Shown here: positions 42,390 through 52,533 of the stretch, piece by piece
How positions within the stretch are numbered: the stretch's first letter is position 1
Layout: the number at the start of each line of letters is the position of its first letter
NCBI GenBank assembly: GCA_963804995.1
Contig: CAWDSK010000005.1
Span: 832,001 to 896,000, forward strand
Direction of reading: 5' to 3'
Origin: an uncultured Acidobacteriota bacterium
Lineage (GTDB): Bacteria > Acidobacteriota > Terriglobia > UBA7540
DNA length: 64,000 bases
The notes under the pieces: model-generated
Told to the model about the DNA's origin: nothing
Seen by the model: only the letters and a program-made list of their open reading frames with translations
The model's database searches: none
Position numbers and translations under genes: made by a program

Positions 42390-43769
42390 ATGCTCGCTTT
42401 ACTTAAAGCCTCTCTCATTATTTGCTTGGTGGCGCTGAACGCCTTTTTTGTGGCGACCGAATACTCCCTGCTCAGTGTGCGCCGGACGCGCTTGGAAGAA
42501 CTCGCCAACGAGGGCAATCTCCGGGCGAAGCAGGTGCTCAATCTGCTTTCCGATATGGTCGCGCTCTTCTCCGGGACGCAACTGGGCGTCACGGTGGTCA
42601 GTCTGTTGATGGGCTGGATTGGCGAAGCCATCATGGCCGACGCCATCGAGAGTTCGCTGGAGGGATACCTTGGCCGTGTGGCGCGGGCCACGGTGGCGCA
42701 TTCCATTTCCGTAGGCATGGCTTTCCTGCTGATCACGGTCTTGTTGATGGTGCTGGGCGAGCTGGTTCCCAAGACGCTTGCTTACGATGGAGCGGAAAGG
42801 TTTTCGCTCCTGGTGGCGCGTCCCCTGCTGGTTTTCCTGCGACTGAGCCGCTATCCCGTCCGATTGCTGGACGGCCTGGCCAACGGCGTGCTTCGCTCCC
42901 TGCGCCACTCTCCCTCGCGAAGTCACGGTTCACTCCACACGGCGGAAGAAGTCAAACTGATTGTCTCCGGCATTCGCAAACGCGGGCTGCTGAATGAAGA
43001 GCAAGAGGAGATGATTCACAGCGTTTTCGACCTGGACCGGGTCCGGGTGCGTGAAATCATGGTGCCGTGGAATCGCATCACTTATCTGCCCGTGACGCCG
43101 GACCTCCAGGCGCTCCTTGACCGCGTAGTTAAGGACCAGCACTCCCGGATTCCCATTTACGAGGGCTTGCCCGATCAGATCATCGGCGTCCTTTACACCA
43201 AAGACCTTCTGACAGTGCTTTTGGAAAGGGAGCGGGTGGGGACGCCGGGAACGGTGCCCTTCGACCTGCGCGCCATCCTGCACCAGCCCATGATTGTTCC
43301 AGAAGCGATGTCATTGACGCAAATGCTGAAGGAAGCCCGCCGCCGGCACTCGCAGATGGCGCTGGTCGTAGATGAGTTCGGTACCTTCGTGGGTTTGGTG
43401 ACAATCGAGGACGTCCTGGAGCAAATTGTGGGTGAGATCCAGGATGAATACGACCGCGAAGAAGTGGCCATCCGCAAAGTTGGAGAAAACGTGCTGGTGG
43501 TTGATGCCTCCATGAGCTTGCGGGACCTGGCGGGTGAGCGCGAGATCGTGTTGCCGCGTGGGGCGGGGTACGAAACACTGGCGGGATTTGTATTGGCGCG
43601 TCTGGGAACAATCCCCAAGGGCGGAGAAAGCTTCGTGTTTGAATCCCGCCGCTACTCAGTAGTGGAGATGGAGGGTCACCGGGTGTCCAAGGTCCGTATT
43701 GAGACGTTGCCCCAGACCGTAACCCCCGCCGTCCAAACCCCGGAGCCCTCAGGTCGGGCGAAACCTTAG
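42390..43769 (+). CDS. HlyC/CorC (CNNM-CBS-CorC) family membrane protein
   Basis: NAFFVATEYS, TQLGVT, GELVPK, HSRIPIY, VVDEFG, TIEDVLEQIVGEIQDEYD. Confidence 0.93.
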   Translation: MLALLKASLIICLVALNAFFVATEYSLLSVRRTRLEELANEGNLRAKQVLNLLSDMVALFSGTQLGVTVVSLLMGWIGEAIMADAIESSLEGYLGRVARATVAHSISVGMAFLLITVLLMVLGELVPKTLAYDGAERFSLLVARPLLVFLRLSRYPVRLLDGLANGVLRSLRHSPSRSHGSLHTAEEVKLIVSGIRKRGLLNEEQEEMIHSVFDLDRVRVREIMVPWNRITYLPVTPDLQALLDRVVKDQHSRIPIYEGLPDQIIGVLYTKDLLTVLLERERVGTPGTVPFDLRAILHQPMIVPEAMSLTQMLKEARRRHSQMALVVDEFGTFVGLVTIEDVLEQIVGEIQDEYDREEVAIRKVGENVLVVDASMSLRDLAGEREIVLPRGAGYETLAGFVLARLGTIPKGGESFVFESRRYSVVEMEGHRVSKVRIETLPQTVTPAVQTPEPSGRAKP

Positions 43770-44881
43770 CGAAACGCCTCCTTGTTGACCACGTACGGCA
43801 TTTGCGCGGGATTAGCCCCGTAGTCGCCATCCAGCACATCGATAAGGCCTTGAATGCAGCGGCCGGCCATGCCCTTGTTGGGGTCGGTGGATAGCCGCGT
43901 CACGCGGCCGGCGCTCGCGAAATGGGAAAGCAAGCGCAGGCGGTTTTCGAGCGCGGGGTCGCGCAGCGGCGAATCGGCAGGCAGAGGCTCTTTCTCGAAG
44001 ACGTCAAGCGCGGCGCCACCGATGACACCGGCCTTGAGTGCCGCGGCCAAAGCCTGTTCATCCACCACGGGCCCGCGCGAAGTATTGACAAGGTATGCTG
44101 TGGGCTTCATAAGCCTGAATGTCGCCTCATTGAACAGATGGTAAGTTGGGACCGGACCTTCCCCTTCCCGGATCAGCGGCACGTGAACGCTCACATAGTC
44201 GCTGCCGGCGAGGACTTCCTCAAAACTTACAAAGCGGATGGTACGGCGCTCCGAGGTGAACCCGTGGCGCACGCGCGTGTCCATCACCTCCTGGACTTTG
44301 GCGACGAAGCCGGCGGGCTCAACACTGTCGTAGCAAAGGAAATCCACATCGAAGCCCACAGCCTTCTTGATAAACGCCTGGCCGATGCGCCCCGCGCCCA
44401 CTACACCGATGGTGCGTCCGGTAACCTCGTCGCCGAGGAAGGGCAGGTAGGGATGCCACGAGCCCCACTGCTTGTCGCGCACCAAGCGCTCGCTGGGCCA
44501 GAGGCGGCGCGCCGCGCAGCCCAGAATGAAAAGCGCAAACTCCGCCGTGGCTTCCGTAAGCACGTCCGCGGTATTGGTAAAGGGAATCTTGAAGCGATTG
44601 GCGTCGGCGCGATTGATGTTATCGAACCCCACGGCATATTGCGCCACGACCTTCAACGTGTTCGCACCCGCTCCAAATACCTCCGCGTCAATGCGGTCGC
44701 GAAGCGTGGTAATGAGGCCGTCAATACCGGAGCGGACTTTCTCGATGATCAAACTCTTCGGCGGTGGCTCGGGGTCGGGATAAACCTCCACGTTGTAGCC
44801 GTGCGCGTGCAGGATTTTGAATGCGCCCTCGCCGATGTCGCAGGTGGCGTAGACGCGGATGGGACGCTTGGTTTCGGTCAT
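43766..44881 (-). CDS. D-isomer 2-hydroxyacid dehydrogenase (glyoxylate reductase-like)
   Basis: AVGFDNI, GAGRIG, NTSRGPVVDE, LDVFEKEP, HFASA. Confidence 0.92.
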   Translation of the reverse strand: MTETKRPIRVYATCDIGEGAFKILHAHGYNVEVYPDPEPPPKSLIIEKVRSGIDGLITTLRDRIDAEVFGAGANTLKVVAQYAVGFDNINRADANRFKIPFTNTADVLTEATAEFALFILGCAARRLWPSERLVRDKQWGSWHPYLPFLGDEVTGRTIGVVGAGRIGQAFIKKAVGFDVDFLCYDSVEPAGFVAKVQEVMDTRVRHGFTSERRTIRFVSFEEVLAGSDYVSVHVPLIREGEGPVPTYHLFNEATFRLMKPTAYLVNTSRGPVVDEQALAAALKAGVIGGAALDVFEKEPLPADSPLRDPALENRLRLLSHFASAGRVTRLSTDPNKGMAGRCIQGLIDVLDGDYGANPAQMPYVVNKEAFR

Positions 44882-45024
44882 AGTTGTTTTCCTGGTTGAC
44901 CCGTGTGTGTGATGACTAAGAGGATTCAGGATTTAGCGACCCTTACCTACCTCCGAGTGGCGTGATGCTCTCCGTCTTTACTCTTATCTCAAAATAGGAA
45001 ATCCTAAATCCTAACCCCTAATAC

Positions 45025-46215
45025 CTAACTCCTGTTCTTCCCCACCCACGCCCGAATCCGCTCCAGCGCCTTCTGCAAATTCTCCACGGAATTTGCAAAC
45101 GAGAAGCGCAAGTAGCCTTCACCCCACTCGCCGAAGCCTGGCCCCGCGAGGCAAGCGACTCCTGCCTCATTGAGCAGCGCATCGGCCAGAGCGCGTGAGG
45201 TGCGCCCGGTGCCGCGGATATTTGGGAAGGCGTAAAACGCTCCGTGCGGCTGGCGGCAACTGAAGCCAGGGATGCTGTTGAGCCCCTCAACGATCACCGC
45301 CCGGCGGCGCCTGAACTCCTCACGCATGCGGTCTACCGAATCCTGCGGACCGCGTAGCGCCTCAACCGCAGCGATCTGGCTGAAGCTTGAGGTGCAGGAA
45401 TTTGAATTCGTCATCAGCAGCGCAATTTGCCGCGCGAGGTCAGCTCGCATCACCCCATATCCCAGCCGCCAGCCGGTCATGGCGTAGGTTTTCGAAAAGC
45501 CATTCAGGATAATCGTCCAATCCTTCAGGCCGGGGAACTGGGCGATACTTGTGTGTTCGCCTTCGTAGATGAGCCGATTGTAAATTTCGTCAGAGAGGAC
45601 AAAGATCTCGCGCCCGGCCAGGGCCCGCGCCAAGCGACCCATCTCCGCCGCGCTCATCACGCCACCCGTGGGGTTTTGCGGGCTGTTTACAATCAGCAAG
45701 CGCGTGCGGCTGGTTATCTTTTCCAGGATCTCGTCCACGTTCACGTCGAAGTCGCGGTCCTCACGCAGGCCGTAGGGCACAGCCTTACCACCCACAAACC
45801 GGATCATGGATTCGTAAATCGGGAAGCCGGGGTTGGGGTAAAGCACTTCGTCGCCAGGTTCGACCAGCGCCAGGATCGCAAAAAACATGATGGGCTTACC
45901 ACCCGGTGTGATCACCACTTCCGCCGGATCGACCTCGATGCCCAGCCGATGGGCAGTTTCGTCGGCCACGGCTTCGCGAAGCTGCGGAAGCCCAGCGGGT
46001 GGGCCGTAGTGTGTCCAACCGTCCTGCATGGCGCGCACGCCGGCCTCCACGATGTTGGGGGGCGTGGAAAAATCCGGCTCACCGATTTCGAGGTGAATAA
46101 TCTCTTTGCCTTTGGCTTCCAGTTCCCGCGCCCGGACGAGGACCTCGAAGGCACTCTCCGTTCCCAGGAGCGACATGCGCTCGGCCAGCCGCAGCTTGCT
46201 TAAACCCGTGGTCAT
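45025..46215 (-). CDS. PLP-dependent aminotransferase class I/II
   Basis: IGEPDF, NSPQNPTG, SDEIY, GFSKTYAMTGWRLG, GAFYAFP. Confidence 0.95.
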   Translation of the reverse strand: MTTGLSKLRLAERMSLLGTESAFEVLVRARELEAKGKEIIHLEIGEPDFSTPPNIVEAGVRAMQDGWTHYGPPAGLPQLREAVADETAHRLGIEVDPAEVVITPGGKPIMFFAILALVEPGDEVLYPNPGFPIYESMIRFVGGKAVPYGLREDRDFDVNVDEILEKITSRTRLLIVNSPQNPTGGVMSAAEMGRLARALAGREIFVLSDEIYNRLIYEGEHTSIAQFPGLKDWTIILNGFSKTYAMTGWRLGYGVMRADLARQIALLMTNSNSCTSSFSQIAAVEALRGPQDSVDRMREEFRRRRAVIVEGLNSIPGFSCRQPHGAFYAFPNIRGTGRTSRALADALLNEAGVACLAGPGFGEWGEGYLRFSFANSVENLQKALERIRAWVGKNRS

Positions 46216-46460
46216 TTATTGCCTCATGTGCCTTATTAATCAAAGCCCCATGAATTCTATGAGTCAGCCAGAATATCGCGTGGGTTGATTAATGTCTAGC
46301 CGGGTGAGCTTATCTGGGTGTTCTCTCCGCGCCAAACACCAGGGGGGGCGGAAGGGCGGGGCTAATGGTTTTTGAATCCCTAAACTGTAAATTCTTCTGA
46401 CACCCTGGGCATGCAAGTAACCCCTCATCCGACCTCCTCCGTCGGCCACCTTCTCCCCTG

Positions 46461-48165
46461 GAGCTTGTGACTTTTTTGGTCACCAGTAAGGGGGGATGGG
46501 TGGGGGGAGGAGGCAGAAAATCGGGAGCGGAGGTACGGAGAGAGAAAAAAGCTGGCGGTTGGGTCGGTACTTGTATTAATATAAATGTTATGGACAACGT
46601 TTTACATTCAGATGATTTTAAATTAGGAATGGAACCGGCGGTAGGTCAGGAAGCGGAAGGAAAGGAAGAGAAGGGCGCGAAGGGGGCAGCAGAGCGGCGC
46701 GGGGCGGTGCGTTTGCGCCGGCCGGAGCGCCAGCAGATGGCCTGGGTGGCGCAATGTCCGGACGATCTGGTGGGGCCGGGGCACGGGGTGCGGCGGGTGG
46801 CGGCGGTGGTGGAGCGCTTGGACTTAGCGGCGTTCCGCCTGCCGATCAAGGCGCGGGAAGGAGGGGCTGGACGGGACGCGACCGATCCCCAGCTTTTAGT
46901 GTCGCTGTGGTTATACGCCTGTGTGCGGGGCATCGGTGCGGCGCGCGAACTGGCGCGGCAGTGCCAGGAGCATGCGGCCTTTCGCTGGCTGTGCGGAGGG
47001 GTGACGGTGAACCACCGTTTGCTGTCGGACTTTCGCACCGATCACGCCGAGGCCTTGGACACCCTGTTCACGCAAGTGATCGCTGCTCTGGTGGATAAAG
47101 GAGTGGTGAAGGTCAGCCGCATCAGCCAGGACGGAATGCGGGTGCGGGTGGGGGCGGGGAAGAAGAGTTTTCGGCGGGAAAGGCGGCTGGAGGAACTGCT
47201 GGGGGAAGCGGAACGGCACGTGGCGGAGTTGAGACGGCAACTGGAGTCGCCGGAAGGAGCGGGGCTGAGCGCGCGGCAAGCGGCGGCGCGGAAGCGGGCG
47301 GCGCAGGAGCGGCAGAAACGCCTGCAGGAGGCGATTGCGCAACTGCCGGAGCTGCAACGCCGGCACACCGCAAGGGTAAAGCGGACGGGGGGAAAACGGG
47401 GCCAGGAGATTGCGGCGCAGCCTCCGCGGGTGAGCACGACGGATGCGGAAGCGCGCATCATGAAGATGCCCAACGGGGGCTACGACCCGGCGGTGAATGT
47501 GCAGTTGGCGGCGGACCCGGAGAGCCGCGCCATTGTGGGGGTGGAGGTGAGCGCGGAAGGTTCGGACTCGGGAGGACTGAGCGCGCCGCTGCGGGAACAG
47601 GTGGAACAGCGCACGGGCGGGAAGGTGGAAGAGCACTTGTTGGACGGCGGGTACCTGCGCAAGGAAGACTTGGAAGCGGCACACGCGCAGGGCGTGGCGC
47701 TGTTCATCCCGCCGCACACGGCGCAAAATCGTCAGAAGCGGGGGAAGGAACTGGAGCCCCAGAAGGGCGACAGCGAGGCCGTACGAGAGTGGAAGCAACG
47801 CATGAAAAGTGAGGAGGGAAAGAAAATCTATCAGCAGAGAGCGGCGACGAGTGAAACCGTCAACGCCGACTTGCGCACCTATCGCGGTTTGGGCCGCATC
47901 CTGGTGCGCGGGCTGGCCAAGGCACGCTGCGTGGCACTGTGGTGCGCCCTGGCTTACAACGTGATGCACTTCGCGCCCCTGTTGCTGGGCTAACCAAGCC
48001 CTGCCCAGCCGTACCGGGCACGGGTGTAGGGCGGATTCCCCCGGTACTCCTTGCCGCGCGGCACCGCTCCACCGGCCAAGGGGAGCCCTCTCGCGCACTT
48101 CCCAAGCTGCCCACTACCTGACCCGCCCCACCGCGTAACGGTGGCTTCGAAAAAGTCACAAGCTC
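46461..48165 (+). mobile_element. IS1182-family insertion sequence
   Basis: Perfect 16-bp IR GAGCTTGTGACTTTTT; CTG duplicated at 46458-46460 and 48166-48168. Confidence 0.92.
46590..47993 (+). CDS. IS1182-family transposase
   Basis: DPQLLVSLWLYA...RELARQC...FRWLCGG...HRLLSDFR, QDGMRVR, STTDAEARIMK, LDGGY, YQQRAATSETV. Confidence 0.92.
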   Translation: MDNVLHSDDFKLGMEPAVGQEAEGKEEKGAKGAAERRGAVRLRRPERQQMAWVAQCPDDLVGPGHGVRRVAAVVERLDLAAFRLPIKAREGGAGRDATDPQLLVSLWLYACVRGIGAARELARQCQEHAAFRWLCGGVTVNHRLLSDFRTDHAEALDTLFTQVIAALVDKGVVKVSRISQDGMRVRVGAGKKSFRRERRLEELLGEAERHVAELRRQLESPEGAGLSARQAAARKRAAQERQKRLQEAIAQLPELQRRHTARVKRTGGKRGQEIAAQPPRVSTTDAEARIMKMPNGGYDPAVNVQLAADPESRAIVGVEVSAEGSDSGGLSAPLREQVEQRTGGKVEEHLLDGGYLRKEDLEAAHAQGVALFIPPHTAQNRQKRGKELEPQKGDSEAVREWKQRMKSEEGKKIYQQRAATSETVNADLRTYRGLGRILVRGLAKARCVALWCALAYNVMHFAPLLLG

Positions 48166-48361
48166 CTGGGGAGAAGGCTATTATCTAAAGTGGTTACGTC
48201 ACCTTGAGCGATCGCCCTCTCCGAGGGGAGAGGGTGGACCGCATCCGGCGTCTTCATCAGCCGGGGCGGGACGGGTGAGGGGTCACACGCGGGTTGGGGG
48301 CGTTTGAGAATTCCAGGAATTGAGAATCCTTTAGCCCCGCCCTTCCAAACTCGGGGCAAGT

Positions 48362-49555
48362 CTAGGGCTTTCCATTCTCCTGCAACCGACCATACTTCTT
48401 GAGCGCCTCACGCAGGCCGTCGTGGGGCAGCGCGACCACCGTGTGGTTATCCGCGCCGGTCATGGTCTCCGCTGCCACCAGCGCATTGACGATGGCTTCT
48501 TCCGTGGCCTCGACCGTAGCCGAGAAGATGGGGTTCATCTCGTCGTTTGCAAGCATCTCCACTTGAGCGAGGCCTTTCAGCTTGGCCGCTTCCGGATTGG
48601 CCGTCGAGAAGGCCATGAAGATGTCGCCTGAGCCGTTGCCGGAGGTGCTGCCGGTCCGCGCCAGGCCGAGCGAGGCGCGCCGTGCCAGGCGCTTCAGTTG
48701 ATGGGGAAGCAGCGGCGCATCCGTGGCTACCACAATAATGATGGAGCCGCGCTCTTCCTCCGCCACTGAGCCGGCCTTACCCCATACCCTCGGGGCTGTG
48801 ATTTCCGGTCCCACCGGCACACCTGCAATCCGCAGTTGATCGTGTCTGCCGCAGTTGCATTGGACCAGGACTCCCACCGTGTAGCCCGCGCCCGCCGCCG
48901 TGATCTGGCGCGAAGCTGTTCCAATGCCGCCTTTGAACTCGTAGCAAATCATCCCTGTGCCGCCGCCCACATTGCCTTCCGCCACTGGGCCCGCGCGCGC
49001 GCTATCGAGTGCGTGGAAAGCGTCCTGCGGCGTGACATGGAATCCATTTGTGTCGTTCAGATATCCGTCGTAGGTTTCGGCTACCATGGGGAGCGTCCAC
49101 CAATAATTGGTATTTTCCGGAGGTGCCAGATTCACGCGCCATTTGATCACCGCATCGCGCACCACTCCCACACTGTGCGTGTTGGTAATCATTACCGGCC
49201 CCTGGAGCGTGCCGGATTCATCCACCCAGGTCGTCCCCGTCATCTCGCCGTAACCGTTCAAGGAAAACCACCCGGCGAAAACCTGGCTGGCTGGAGATTT
49301 GCCGCGCGGCAGGATGGCCGTGACACCTGTACGCACTGGCCCTTGCCCAACCACCAGCTTGCCCGAACCTGAGATCAGGGTCATGTGGCCGACTTCCACT
49401 CCCTTCACGTCGGTGATGGCATCCAGCGGGCCCGGGACGCCATCGAAGGGCACTCCGAGGTCACGCGCGCGGGGCTTGGCCTGCGTCCAGCCGACGAGAT
49501 GAAAAATGGCCACGAAAACTGCTGCAAAAACTCCGTGGAACCAATGGGCCCTCAT
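48362..49555 (-). CDS. P1 family peptidase (DmpA-like aminopeptidase)
   Basis: RARDLG, ITDVKGVEVGH, TNTHSVG, GNVGGGTGM, GSIIIVVATDAP autocleavage motif, GSGD. Confidence 0.92.
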   Translation of the reverse strand: MRAHWFHGVFAAVFVAIFHLVGWTQAKPRARDLGVPFDGVPGPLDAITDVKGVEVGHMTLISGSGKLVVGQGPVRTGVTAILPRGKSPASQVFAGWFSLNGYGEMTGTTWVDESGTLQGPVMITNTHSVGVVRDAVIKWRVNLAPPENTNYWWTLPMVAETYDGYLNDTNGFHVTPQDAFHALDSARAGPVAEGNVGGGTGMICYEFKGGIGTASRQITAAGAGYTVGVLVQCNCGRHDQLRIAGVPVGPEITAPRVWGKAGSVAEEERGSIIIVVATDAPLLPHQLKRLARRASLGLARTGSTSGNGSGDIFMAFSTANPEAAKLKGLAQVEMLANDEMNPIFSATVEATEEAIVNALVAAETMTGADNHTVVALPHDGLREALKKYGRLQENGKP

Positions 49556-49753
49556 GTTGCCTCCTTTGTGAAGGGTTGAGATGCGGCAGAAGATAGTCTA
49601 TGCCGGCCATGGTATGGGCATGGTCAGCTTCAAGCCGGGAGAAGAACCGTGTGGAGCAAATGGTCGCTACGCGTAGTCCCCTTGGCCTCGTTGGATGTAA
49701 CCGCAAACCGGGTATTCCCGGTTTGCGGTTTTTCCCGGCATGGGGGTTACCTT

Positions 49754-50095
49754 CTAACGCTTTTTAGATGTTCCCTTGGGCGGGGCATATCCTGTGCTGG
49801 TAGCTTTCTTCAAGGCTGCCATAGCCTCTTCGGTGGAAAGCAGCGGAGTTGTTTTGACAGATTTGCACGCGCCCCCGGCAGCAACTGCCATGGAAAATGC
49901 CGCCGCGCTGACGTTATCCGGCAATTGCATTATCGCCACCGTATCGTAATCCCCGAATGACAACCAGCCCCCCTCAACACTCCCGCCTAGAGTTTGGACG
50001 ACTTTGGAAACGACGCTGATCCGATCCTGGGGGTTTTTGATCATGGCCCCCCAGGCTTCGGACGTGTATGCGACCTGCAACAGATAGTGAGCCAT
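49754..50095 (-). CDS. GYD domain-containing protein
   Basis: YLLQVAYTSEAWGAMIKNPQDR, FGDYD, TTPLLS.EE; GGAGG RBS. Confidence 0.88.
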   Translation of the reverse strand: MAHYLLQVAYTSEAWGAMIKNPQDRISVVSKVVQTLGGSVEGGWLSFGDYDTVAIMQLPDNVSAAAFSMAVAAGGACKSVKTTPLLSTEEAMAALKKATSTGYAPPKGTSKKR

Positions 50096-50268
50096 CGCAG
50101 TCTCCTCCATTTGAGTTGTCGATTTGAACTTCCCAGTAGAACTGCACTATACACTCGGGCATTTTCATATGCAATGCCTGGGCAGTGCAGCGTGACCGCA
50201 ACCAAAACGTGCCACGGCCAACCTGCCCCGATGCATCGGGGTCCTGGCCGTGTCGGTCACGGGCGGGA

Positions 50269-50396
50269 GAAGGTGTGAAAAAATCGTCTAAACCTCCTTA
50301 CCGCAGAGACGCTGAGGCGCAGAGGAATGAAAATAAAGGTCCTTTTCTCTGCGTCTCAGCGCGTCCGCGGTAAAAATACTATTTCTTCACACCTTC
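50269..50396. mobile_element. 128-bp MITE inserted in a REP hairpin loop
   Basis: Ends GAAGGTGTGAA / TTCACACCTTC; GGA duplicated on both sides inside CACGGGCG-GGA-CGCCCGTG; internal palindrome ACCGCAGAGACGCTGAGGCGCAGAG...CTCTGCGTCTCAGCGCGTCCGCGGT. Confidence 0.8.
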
Positions 50397-50564
50397 GGAC
50401 GCCCGTGCCACAACGCAGGGGCCAGCGGCGCTGGCCCGGGACACCCCCCAGGTGAGAATCAAAGTGGAAATAACGCGATGAGTGAAATTCTTCGCACCTG
50501 GCATTCACGTCCGCACCCCTCATTTCAGATTTATGCTAACGCCGACCTAATAATCCCTGGTAGG

Positions 50565-50580
50565 TGTGACCCTTGTCATG
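50565..50580. promoter_or_regulatory. Possible CRP/FNR-family binding site
   Basis: TGTGA-N6-TCATG about 250 bp upstream of the radical SAM gene. Confidence 0.35.
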
Positions 50581-50822
50581 TTTTTGGCAAACCGGCATCA
50601 AGGTAATAAAAATGTAATCGGCATAGGATTTCGACATGGAGTGTTTTGGGTCCGTTAGACATTTGAGGCTTTAGGGGATGCGGTCTGACTGTGTCCTGAG
50701 GGATTGTAAATTTAAGCCAAGCTTCCGATTAGCGTTGCAGTTTGCTTAATTTCTGATGCAAGCAGCGATTTGCAACAATGACACGCCAACCGCCCCCCGC
50801 AAGCTTCGAGGGAGGGTTTGAA

Positions 50823-52487
50823 ATGTACCTTGGCACCTCTAGCCGCCGGGTCATGACCCACACCCGCCCGCGGGTGGGTCGGATTACGGCCTCGCTGCCC
50901 GATTCCCATCACATTCTGGAGGACATCCTTTCTGAACCCCTGGTGCGGAAAGCCTTCTCGTGGATGACGCGTCGCGATCCGGACGGCAAGTGCTTCTTCA
51001 TGCGGCTGTGCGAGAATTACGACAACCCCCAATCAGACTTCTGGAAGCGGCTGAAGTGGAGTGTGCCGAACCGGGTCATCGATCTGGGTCTTTGGAAGGC
51101 CAAGCTCGACAAGGAAACGATGAAGCAGCGGCTCTTCCACCATCCCCCCACGGTGAAGGCCCTGACGTTGACGGCCAAGAGCATCGCGACCTACGGTTTG
51201 ACGGTACCGCAGCGCTACACGGCGCCCATGTTTCCGGTCTGGAACATCACGCAGGCGTGTAACCTGTCCTGTAAGCATTGTTACCAGAACGCCCACCGCA
51301 TGCCGGATAAAGACGAGCTGACCACGGAGGAAAAGCTCAGGCTCATTGACCAGATGGGTGAGGAGTTCGTGCCTTTCCTCGCCTTCGCGGGCGGTGAGCC
51401 GCTGGTTGCCCCCGATCTTTGGAAGGTGCTGGAGCGTTGCGAGCAGCAGGGCATTCACGTGACCCTGGCCACCAACGGCACGCTGCTGACGCCGGAAATG
51501 TGCGCTCTTCTGAAGGACGCCAATGTGAAATACGTTGAGGTCAGCCTGGACAGCATCGATCCCGCCACGCACGACGCCTTTCGCGGCCAGCCCAAATCCT
51601 GGGAAAGAACTGTGCAAGGAATTCGCAACTGTGTGGCCGCGGGCATCAAGACCGGCTTGGCGTCCTGCTTCACGCGCCAGACCGCACACACGGTAGACGA
51701 CACCATTAAATTGGCCATCGATCTGGGCTGCAAGACGTTCTCGCATTTCAATTTCATTCCGGTCGGACGAGGCCAGGAAATCATGCAGCAGGACCTGACG
51801 CCGGGCCAGCGCGAACTGCTGTTGCGCAGACTCAAGGAACACTTGGAGGAAGGCAAAATTACGGTAGTTTCTACCGCGCCGCAGTTTGGCCGCACCTGCA
51901 TCGTGTATGGGCCGGAGGAAGGGTTATTCGCCACAGGGCACGCAGGCCGCGGTCCGGGGAAGAAGACCATGGTGCTTTCGCGTTACATCGGCGGGTGCGG
52001 AACGGGCCGCTGCTATTGCGCCATCCAGCCGAACGGAATCATCACCCCTTGTGTGTACATCTCCGGTATCAAAGTGGGCGACATTCGCGAGCGCAGTTTT
52101 CACGAAATCTGGAACAACGCCCTCTTTGACAAGCTTTCCGACCGCGAAGATCGCGGCGACCACTGCGGCGTTTGTACCTACCGGCATTACTGCGGCGGTT
52201 GTCGCGCCCGAGCCTTGGCTTATACGGGTGATATCCTGGCAGGCGACCCGGGCTGCATTTACAATCAGCACGAGTGGCAGGAAATCACCGACGCGGAGGG
52301 CCGTGGCGCAGGCGTAGAGCTCACCCCTGACATGGCCAAGACGGCGGCACAACTTGTGCAAATCGCTACCACCGCGGTCGAGGCGGGGGCCGAGTCAGCC
52401 AACCTCTGGGGGGTTTCGGAGCGGGAAGGGCGGCTGATTAATGACCTGGCCGCGCGGTTGAAGTCCACGTTCACCAATCCCAATTGA
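50823..52487 (+). CDS. Radical SAM/SPASM protein with a long N-terminal extension
   Basis: CNLSCKHC, GGEP, TNG, SLD; SPASM CGTGRCYCAIQPNGIITPC...CGVCTYRHYCGGCRARA...DPGC. Confidence 0.93.
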   Translation: MYLGTSSRRVMTHTRPRVGRITASLPDSHHILEDILSEPLVRKAFSWMTRRDPDGKCFFMRLCENYDNPQSDFWKRLKWSVPNRVIDLGLWKAKLDKETMKQRLFHHPPTVKALTLTAKSIATYGLTVPQRYTAPMFPVWNITQACNLSCKHCYQNAHRMPDKDELTTEEKLRLIDQMGEEFVPFLAFAGGEPLVAPDLWKVLERCEQQGIHVTLATNGTLLTPEMCALLKDANVKYVEVSLDSIDPATHDAFRGQPKSWERTVQGIRNCVAAGIKTGLASCFTRQTAHTVDDTIKLAIDLGCKTFSHFNFIPVGRGQEIMQQDLTPGQRELLLRRLKEHLEEGKITVVSTAPQFGRTCIVYGPEEGLFATGHAGRGPGKKTMVLSRYIGGCGTGRCYCAIQPNGIITPCVYISGIKVGDIRERSFHEIWNNALFDKLSDREDRGDHCGVCTYRHYCGGCRARALAYTGDILAGDPGCIYNQHEWQEITDAEGRGAGVELTPDMAKTAAQLVQIATTAVEAGAESANLWGVSEREGRLINDLAARLKSTFTNPN

Positions 52488-52533
52488 GGGGACGTGGCCC
52501 CGGATGACAGCAGGTGCCAGAAGGGATGAATAC

